From contig CAVTZJ010000004.1 of NCBI GenBank assembly GCA_963739205.1, forward strand, positions 398,614 to 462,613: a stretch of DNA of 64,000 bases. Reading direction: 5' to 3'. Positions 57,916-64,000 of this stretch are shown here, piece by piece. Positions within the stretch are counted from its first letter, which is position 1. Each line of letters opens with the position of its first letter. Origin of the DNA: an uncultured Pseudomonadota bacterium (lineage in GTDB: Bacteria > Pseudomonadota > Gammaproteobacteria > Burkholderiales > SG8-39). The notes under the pieces were generated by a model, which did not search any database, was not told the DNA's origin, and worked only from the letters and a program-made list of their open reading frames with translations. Both the position numbers and the translations under genes were made by a program.

Positions 57916-58127
57916 GGCGCCGGAGAGTACCGCATCGCGCCCCGCTTTCGACCCCCTGACGGCCCTCCCGGCTCAATTGGCTTTGCCAGTCCGCCGCCAA
58001 TCGGAGACAATCCGCCGCTGGCTTTGCGTCGCTGCAGCCGATGGCCGCGGCGGGCGGATCGGCTGCACCGCGGGGTTCTGAGGGGGCCCCCGCGAGACCT
58101 CCTCGTTTGCTGCAACCGGGAACGGCG

Positions 58128-58706
58128 ATGATGAATCAATTGCTCAAGCTGTCGCGCGCGATCGACTGGCTGAACGAGCGTATCGGGGGCGCACTGAAGT
58201 GGCTGGTGCTGGCGGCGGTGCTGGTGAGCGCCGGCAACGCCACCTCGCGCTACGCACTCGACATCGCCTCGAACGCCTGGCTCGAGCTGCAGTGGTATCT
58301 CTTCTCCGCGGTATTCCTGCTGTGCGCGGGTTATACCCTGCGCCACAACGAGCATATCCGCATCGACGTGGTCAATTCGCATCTCTCGGCCCGCGCGCAG
58401 ATGTGGATCGACGTCTTCGGCATCATCTTTTTCCTCCTTCCCATGGCAACGATCATCATGTGGTTGTCCTGGCCGATATTTATGAACGCCTACCAGACCG
58501 GCGAGGTCTCGGTAAACGCCGGCGGCCTGATCAGGTGGCCGGCGCGGCTGATGGTGCCGGTCGGGTTCTTCTTGCTGTCCCTGCAGGGCGTGTCCGAGCT
58601 GATCAAGCGCATCGCTTTCCTGATGGGCCTGATCCCGAATCCGCTCGAGAAGCACGAGGACGCGGCCCTTGAGCAGCTGCACGTCGATGAGGAACCCGCG
58701 AAATGA
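58128..58706 (+). CDS. TRAP transporter small permease (DctQ-type)
   Basis: 192 aa and 4 TM spans. The pattern EHIRIDVV is typical of DctQ. Confidence 0.8.
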   Translation: MMNQLLKLSRAIDWLNERIGGALKWLVLAAVLVSAGNATSRYALDIASNAWLELQWYLFSAVFLLCAGYTLRHNEHIRIDVVNSHLSARAQMWIDVFGIIFFLLPMATIIMWLSWPIFMNAYQTGEVSVNAGGLIRWPARLMVPVGFFLLSLQGVSELIKRIAFLMGLIPNPLEKHEDAALEQLHVDEEPAK

Positions 58707-60202
58707 GCGCCTTCCTGATCGCCTACATGGCGCCGCTGATGTTCTGCGGGCTGGTGGTGTTCCTGCTGCTCGGCTTCCCGGTCGCGTTCTCGCTCGCGGC
58801 GAACGGCCTGCTGTTTGGCTGGATCGGCATCGAGCTGGGGCTGCTCCATCCGGCGCTGCTGCAAGCGCTGCCCGAGCGCATTTTCGGCATCATGTCGAAC
58901 GACACGCTGCTCGCGATCCCGTTCTTCACGTTCATGGGGCTGATCCTCGAGCGGAGCGGCATGGCCGAGGACCTGCTCGACACCATCGGCCAGCTGTTCG
59001 GCCCGGTCCGCGGCGGACTCGCCTACGCGGTGATCTTCGTGGGCGCCCTTCTTGCCGCCACGACGGGCGTGGTGGCCGCCTCGGTGATCTCGATGGGGCT
59101 GATCTCGCTGCCGATCATGCTGCGCTACGGCTACGACCGGCGCGTGGCCGCCGGCGTGATCGCGGCGTCGGGCACGCTGGCGCAGATCATCCCGCCGTCG
59201 CTCGTGCTGATCGTGCTCGCCGACCAACTCGGCCGCTCGGTCGGGGACATGTACGCGGGCGCCTTCATCCCCGGCTTCATCCTCACCGGCATGTACGCGC
59301 TTTATGTTTTCGGGGTGAGCATGTTCTACCCCAAGGCTGTGCCGGCGCTGCCGCCCGAGGCGCGCAAGCTGCGCGGCCTGAAGCTGCTGGCGCGCGTGGT
59401 GTTCGTGCTCATTCCTCCGCTCGCACTGATCTTCCTGGTACTGGGAACGATCTTCATCGGCTGGGCCACGCCGACCGAAGGCGGCGCGATGGGCGCCACC
59501 GGGGCGCTGATTCTCGCGCTGATCAACCGGCGCCTGTCCTATTCACTGCTGAAGCAGGCGTTGAACTCGACCGCGAAGTTGTCCTCGTTCGTGATCTTCA
59601 TCCTGGTCGGCTCCACGGTGTTCAGCCTCGTGTTCCGCGGCGTCAACGGCGATCTGTGGGTCGAGCACCTGCTCACCAGCCTGCCCGGAGGCCAGCTCGG
59701 ATTCCTGATCGTGGTCAACCTGCTCACCTTCTTCCTTGCGTTCTTCCTCGACTTCTTCGAGCTGGCGTTCATCATCGTGCCGCTGCTCGCTCCGGTCGCC
59801 GAGAAGCTCGGCGTCGACCTGATCTGGTTCGGCGTCCTGCTCGGCGTGAACATGCAGACTTCCTTCATGCACCCGCCGTTCGGCTTCGCGCTCTTCTACC
59901 TGCGCAGCGTTGCGCCGGCCAAGGACTACATCGACAAGATCACGCGCAAGACGCTCGCACCGGTGACCACCGGCCAGATCTACTGGGGCGCCGTCCCCTT
60001 CGTCGTGATCCAGGTGATCATGGTGGCGATCCTCATCTTCGCCCCCAAGCTCGTTACGGGCAGCCTGCACGAGCAGAAGGTCGACCTTAACAAGGTGAAG
60101 ATCGAGATCCAGACGCCGTCCTACGAACAGCAGGAGATCGATCAGAGCCTGGGCATCCCCGGCGGCTCGGAGCAGGGACAGGGCGCGCAGCCCGCCAAGT
60201 AA
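58703..60202 (+). CDS. TRAP transporter large permease (DctM-type)
   Basis: 499 aa, polytopic. ATGA overlap with the small subunit gene. Confidence 0.85.
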   Translation: MSAFLIAYMAPLMFCGLVVFLLLGFPVAFSLAANGLLFGWIGIELGLLHPALLQALPERIFGIMSNDTLLAIPFFTFMGLILERSGMAEDLLDTIGQLFGPVRGGLAYAVIFVGALLAATTGVVAASVISMGLISLPIMLRYGYDRRVAAGVIAASGTLAQIIPPSLVLIVLADQLGRSVGDMYAGAFIPGFILTGMYALYVFGVSMFYPKAVPALPPEARKLRGLKLLARVVFVLIPPLALIFLVLGTIFIGWATPTEGGAMGATGALILALINRRLSYSLLKQALNSTAKLSSFVIFILVGSTVFSLVFRGVNGDLWVEHLLTSLPGGQLGFLIVVNLLTFFLAFFLDFFELAFIIVPLLAPVAEKLGVDLIWFGVLLGVNMQTSFMHPPFGFALFYLRSVAPAKDYIDKITRKTLAPVTTGQIYWGAVPFVVIQVIMVAILIFAPKLVTGSLHEQKVDLNKVKIEIQTPSYEQQEIDQSLGIPGGSEQGQGAQPAK

Positions 60203-60227
60203 TCCTTCGCGGGAGCCGCTCAAAATA

Positions 60228-60253
60228 ACAAACCCCGCCGAGGCGGGGTTTGT
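60228..60253. terminator. Bidirectional rho-independent terminator between convergent TRAP genes
   Basis: ACAAACCCCGCC-GA-GGCGGGGTTTGT, a 12-bp perfect stem with A/T-rich flanks on both sides. Confidence 0.7.
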
Positions 60254-60274
60254 TCTTACTGGCGCGGCCCGGAA

Positions 60275-61369
60275 TCAGGCGCCGTACTTGGTGTGCAGCC
60301 GGAAGTTGTCGTCCGTGTTCTCGTCCACCCGGAACCAGGAGTTCGAGTTGGCGCGGAAATTCTTGTATTCCGGATAGATGCGCGCCCAGTGCTTGCTCTT
60401 GCCCTTCAATTCCTCGTAGAGCTCGAAGGCGTTTTTCGCCGCTGCGTTCATCACCGATGCCGGGAACGCGCGCAGCTTCGTGCCGCCGGCGATCAGCCGT
60501 TTGAGCGCGTCCACGTTCACCACGTCGTACTTGGCGGGCATCCAGACGTTCGCCTCGGCACAAGCGGCCTTCACCGCCGCCTGGTAGTCCTTCGGCAGTT
60601 CATTCCACTTCTTCTCGTTGATGAAGGTCACAAGCGTCGGGCCCGGCTCCCACCAGCCAGGGTAGTAGTAATACTGGGCGACCTTGTTGAAGCCGAGCTT
60701 CTCGTCGTCATAGGGGCCCACCCACTCCGCCGCGTCGATCGCGCCCTTCTCCAGCGCCGGATAGATATCGGGACCGCCGAGAGACTGCGGCACTGCGCCC
60801 AGGCGCTTGCACACCTCGCCCGCGATCAGGCCGCCGATGCGGAACTTGACCCCCTTCATATCCTCGAGGCTCTTGATCTCCTTGCGCCACCAGCCGCCCA
60901 TCTGTGCCCCAGTGTTGCCGGCGGCCAGGCCGATACAGCCGTAGTCCTGGAACAGCGGCGCCATCAGCTGATCGCCCCCGCCGTGGTACAACCACGCGTT
61001 CATCTGGCGGCAATTCAGGCCGAAGGGGATTGCGGTGGCGATGGCAAACGCAGGGTCCTTGCCGGCGTAGTAGTACGGCGCGGTGTGGCCCATCTCCACG
61101 GTGCCCGCCTGCACGGCATCGAGTACTTGCAGCGCGGGCACGATCTCGCCCGCGGCGAAAGTGCGGATCTCGAACTTGCCGTCGGTGATCTCGGCGACCC
61201 GCTTGGCCACGAGGTCCGCGCCTCCGAACAGCGTATCCAGGCTCTTCGGCCAGCTCGCCGCCAGGCGCCACTGGATCTTCGTCTGCGCATGTACGATTGC
61301 CGGCGCGGCAAGAGTGCTGCCGACCGCCAGGCCACCCGCAGCCTTCTTAAGGAATGAGCGACGTTTCAT
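60275..61369 (-). CDS. TRAP transporter substrate-binding protein with a twin-arginine-type signal
   Basis: MKRRSFLKKAAGGLAVGSTLAAPAIVHAQ, with DctP-family blocks (WRKEIKSLEDMKGVKFRI, AAEWVGPYDD). Confidence 0.85.
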   Translation of the reverse strand: MKRRSFLKKAAGGLAVGSTLAAPAIVHAQTKIQWRLAASWPKSLDTLFGGADLVAKRVAEITDGKFEIRTFAAGEIVPALQVLDAVQAGTVEMGHTAPYYYAGKDPAFAIATAIPFGLNCRQMNAWLYHGGGDQLMAPLFQDYGCIGLAAGNTGAQMGGWWRKEIKSLEDMKGVKFRIGGLIAGEVCKRLGAVPQSLGGPDIYPALEKGAIDAAEWVGPYDDEKLGFNKVAQYYYYPGWWEPGPTLVTFINEKKWNELPKDYQAAVKAACAEANVWMPAKYDVVNVDALKRLIAGGTKLRAFPASVMNAAAKNAFELYEELKGKSKHWARIYPEYKNFRANSNSWFRVDENTDDNFRLHTKYGA

Positions 61370-61494
61370 GAGTCTCCTCTCTGGTTGGGGATTATTTCGA
61401 CGGGCCTGCCGCTCGGCGGGGCCCGGAGCGGCGATTGTATGCGCATGCGCGCAAAAAGCCTACGAGTTGCCCGCGGGGGTGATGAAAGTCACCC

Positions 61495-62349
61495 TCAATT
61501 CAGGCGGCCGCAGAGGGCCCTCAGATCCATGACCCTGGCGCGAATTTCCTCGAATTCGGGGGCGTCGGGCTCGCGCTCGAGATACTCGGAGAGGTCCCGG
61601 AACGCAGCCCGGTAGGCTTCCATGCGCTGGTACAGGAGGCCGCGATCGCGCAGCTCTGCGCGCGCCTGCGGATTGAGCACCAGGATGCGGTTCAGGACCT
61701 CGAGCAGCCGCTCCGGCTTGTCGGTGTCGCGGTAGATGCCCTTCAGGTTGCGCAGCACGCGCGCCAGGATCTGCCGGTGACTGGCCGGCTCGAGGAATTG
61801 GTCGAGCGGCAGCTCGCCGACCGGCACGCCGCCGGCGCTGCCCTCGGGGATCACCCGCTTCAGACGCTCGTAGAGCTCGTTCTCGGATTGCGGCGCGCCG
61901 CCGCCGAAGGGGTCGAGCACCAGCATGCCGCCGCGCAGACGCAGCCGCACGAGGAAGTGCCCGGGGAAGGAGACTCCCTCGAGCGGCAGCCCGATGCGCC
62001 GCCCCAGCTCCATGTACACGATCGCCAGCGTGATCGGGATACCGGTCTTGCGCTCCATCACCTCGTTCAGATAGCTGTTGCGCGGGTCGTAGTACTCGTC
62101 CACGTTGCCCCGGTAGCCCAGCTCGTCGAACAGGAACTGGTTCAGCGCCATGACGCGCTCCTCGGCGCCCGCCGTCTGCGGCAGATCGGTCCGCAAGCGC
62201 AGCGCAAGGCGCTCGAGCTCTGCCAGGTAGTGCTCGACGTCCAGGCCGGGGTAGGCGTCCTCGGCGATCAGCAGGCAGCAGCGCGCGAGGTCGATCTTGG
62301 CGTCGTCGCGCCGCACGAGCCCGGCGAAGACCTCGAGCGAGGCGCTCAT
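61495..62349 (-). CDS. SirB1/YchA-like protein (transglutaminase-like N-terminal domain plus TPR)
   Basis: 284 aa. [33 protein letters not shown] is the family signature. ATGA overlap with the murJ stop. Confidence 0.7.
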   Translation of the reverse strand: MSASLEVFAGLVRRDDAKIDLARCCLLIAEDAYPGLDVEHYLAELERLALRLRTDLPQTAGAEERVMALNQFLFDELGYRGNVDEYYDPRNSYLNEVMERKTGIPITLAIVYMELGRRIGLPLEGVSFPGHFLVRLRLRGGMLVLDPFGGGAPQSENELYERLKRVIPEGSAGGVPVGELPLDQFLEPASHRQILARVLRNLKGIYRDTDKPERLLEVLNRILVLNPQARAELRDRGLLYQRMEAYRAAFRDLSEYLEREPDAPEFEEIRARVMDLRALCGRLN

Positions 62350-63884
62350 TCGGCGCCTCGGCGCGAGAAGTCGCGCACGCGGAAACCGAGCGCGAGCAGC
62401 GTGCCGCCGTACACGGCGGCGCCGAGCGCCACCAGGCCCGCGAGCGCCGGCACCTTGCCCTGCCAGCGCGCGGCCAGCCACCATTGCGGGTCGCCGGCGG
62501 CGAAGTGCAGCGCGCCGGCCATCAGCAGCGCGGCGAGCGCCACTTTGCCCGCGAACGCCGCCCAGCCCGGCTGCGGCGTGTACACGCGGTGCTTGCGCAG
62601 GTAGCGGTACAGCAGCCCCGCGTTCAGACAGGCTCCGAGGCCAATCGCGAGCGCCAGCCCCGCGTGCCTGAGCGGCACGATGAAGGCGAAGTTCATGGCC
62701 TGCGTGGCGGCGAGCGTGAGCAGTCCGATCTTCACCGGCGTGACCACGTTCTGGCGTGCATAGAAGCCCGGAGCGAGGATCTTCACCAGGATCATGCCCA
62801 CCAACCCAACGCTGTAGGCGACGAGCGCCTGGCGCGTCATCAAGGCGTCGCCGCTCGTGAAGCGGCCGTAGTGGAACAGCGTCGAGATGAGCGGCAGCGC
62901 GATCACCGCCAGCGCGACCGCCGCAGGGACCGCGAGCAGCAGCGTGATGCGCAGCCCCCAGTCGAGCAGCCGGCCGTATTCCTCGGTGTTCGCGTCGGCA
63001 TGGTACTTCGACAGGCTCGGCAGCAGGATGGTGCCCAGCGCGACGCCCAGCACGCCGGCCGGGAACTCCATCAGCCGGTCGGCGTAATACAACCAGGACA
63101 CGCTGCCCGAAACGAGGAAGGACGCGAAGATGGTGTTGATCAGCAGCGAGATCTGGCTGATCGAGACGCCGAACACCGACGGCCCCATCAGCTTCAGTAT
63201 CCGTCTGACGCCGGGGTGGTGCGGATTGAAGCTCCAGCGCGGCAGCATGCCGAGGCGCGCGAGGAAGGGCAGCTGCAGCGCGAGCTGCAGCACACCGCCG
63301 GCGAACACCGCCCAGGCGAGCACCCGCACCGGCGGGTCGAAGTGCCCGGCGAAGAACGCCGCCCCGACGATGAAGCTGACGTTCAGCAGCACCGGGGTGA
63401 ACGCGGGGACCGCGAAGCGGCTCCAGGTATTGAGGATGCCGGCGGCGAGCGCGACCAGCGAGATGAAGACGATGTAAGGGAAGGTGACGCGCAGCAGCGA
63501 CACGGTGAGCGCGAACTTCCCCGCGTCGCCCGCAAATCCCGGGGCCGAAACGTAGACGATGAGCGGCGCGGCCAGTACGCCGAGCGCCGCGGCGACAACC
63601 AGCGCAAGGAACAGCAGGGTCGCCACGCTGTCGAGCATCTGGCGCGTCTCGCCCGGCGTCTGGCGGCTGCGGTACTCGCCCAAAATGGGCACAAAGGCCT
63701 GCGAAAAGGCTCCCTCCGCGAAAAGCCTGCGCATCAGGTTCGGGATGCGGAACGCGACGAAGAAGGCGTCGGTGGCCAGGCCCGTGCGGAACGTGCTCGC
63801 GATGAAAAAGTCGCGCACCAGGCCGAGAATGCGCGACACGAGCGTCATGCTGCTGATGGTGGCCAGGGCGCGCAGCAGATTCAC
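62346..63884 (-). CDS. murJ: Lipid II flippase MurJ (MviN)
   Basis: [25 protein letters not shown]...[26 protein letters not shown] is the canonical MurJ N-terminus. Confidence 0.95.
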   Translation of the reverse strand: MNLLRALATISSMTLVSRILGLVRDFFIASTFRTGLATDAFFVAFRIPNLMRRLFAEGAFSQAFVPILGEYRSRQTPGETRQMLDSVATLLFLALVVAAALGVLAAPLIVYVSAPGFAGDAGKFALTVSLLRVTFPYIVFISLVALAAGILNTWSRFAVPAFTPVLLNVSFIVGAAFFAGHFDPPVRVLAWAVFAGGVLQLALQLPFLARLGMLPRWSFNPHHPGVRRILKLMGPSVFGVSISQISLLINTIFASFLVSGSVSWLYYADRLMEFPAGVLGVALGTILLPSLSKYHADANTEEYGRLLDWGLRITLLLAVPAAVALAVIALPLISTLFHYGRFTSGDALMTRQALVAYSVGLVGMILVKILAPGFYARQNVVTPVKIGLLTLAATQAMNFAFIVPLRHAGLALAIGLGACLNAGLLYRYLRKHRVYTPQPGWAAFAGKVALAALLMAGALHFAAGDPQWWLAARWQGKVPALAGLVALGAAVYGGTLLALGFRVRDFSRRGAE

Positions 63885-63917
63885 GCCGTCTCCCCTCGCC
63901 GCGCGGCCCGATTTGCC

Positions 63918-63946
63918 TTGCCTGGCGGGCAGTTAGCCGCTACAAT
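63918..63946 (+). promoter_or_regulatory. Sigma-70-type promoter for rpsT
   Basis: TTGCCT, a 17-nt spacer, then TACAAT, ending 31 nt upstream of the rpsT ATG. Confidence 0.5.
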
Positions 63947-63976
63947 GCGCCCCTTTTTCAGACCGCCCCAAATTAC

Positions 63977-64000
63977 ATGGCCAATATCAAATCGGCGCGC
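63977..64000 (+). CDS. rpsT: 30S ribosomal protein S20, first 8 codons only (runs off the window)
   Basis: MANIKSAR matches the S20 N-terminus. The divergent murJ-rpsT arrangement is common in proteobacteria. Confidence 0.7.

Noticed and set aside
57916-58127. A sigma-54 promoter upstream of the TRAP permease genes (two TGGCTTTGC repeats).
   Set aside because: The GG and GC dinucleotides are not at the required GG-N10-GC spacing in either copy.

Overview
This is a chromosomal window of roughly 70% GC. Gene order looks beta-proteobacterial (Burkholderiales-like), judged by eye. It is densely coding with about 60 genes, and many junctions are 4-nt ATGA/GTGA start-stop overlaps.

Layout, left to right:
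- 1-7.3 kb: an ArsR-family regulator, an intact mdtA, and mdtB/mdtC RND pump genes riddled with single-base frame breaks plus one nonsense codon.
- 7.3-12.3 kb: housekeeping genes (ilvE, a Zn-ribbon protein, waaF, NTF2-like, an alpha/beta hydrolase, PMM/PGM).
- 12.3-21.2 kb: a MerR/B12-binding (LitR/CarH-type) regulator with a soluble di-iron desaturase-like gene. These face a translationally coupled 8-gene lipid-modification operon (FAD oxidoreductase, DUF1365, CFA-synthase-like, chalcone-isomerase-like, MFS, DUF3833, SDR, NTF2).
- 21.2-26.1 kb: ugpBAECQ.
- 26.3-35.9 kb: a peptide/amide utilisation locus (amidase, two paralogous binding proteins, an MlrC-like M81 peptidase, two permeases, a fused ATPase).
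- 36-37.9 kb: birA and coaX.
- 37.9-51.4 kb: an accessory block. It holds a receiver-only response regulator and a ~1.9 kb lower-GC islet bounded by tRNA-Thr(CGU) and a divergent tRNA 3' fragment. The islet carries a single secreted PPC-domain, proline-rich protein. The block also holds an alpha/beta hydrolase (Cys at the nucleophile elbow)-ACP-KAS operon (ACP-KAS pair nodFE-like), and pilE-fimT-pilVWX with a 1602-aa PilY1 and a coupled TonB-C-only protein.
- 51.4-64 kb: core genes (ispH, lspA, ileS, ribF, an MFS transporter, a TRAP transporter, a SirB1-like protein, murJ, and the start of rpsT).

I found no rRNA, CRISPR array, transposase or integrase.

The items most worth follow-up are the light/B12-regulated lipid cluster, the tRNA-Thr islet, the hydrolase-ACP-KAS operon, the oversized PilY1 with its TonB-C partner, and the insertion-biased decay of mdtBC (or a local consensus error there).

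All calls rest on reading the sequence and the ORF track against remembered family motifs. No searches were run.
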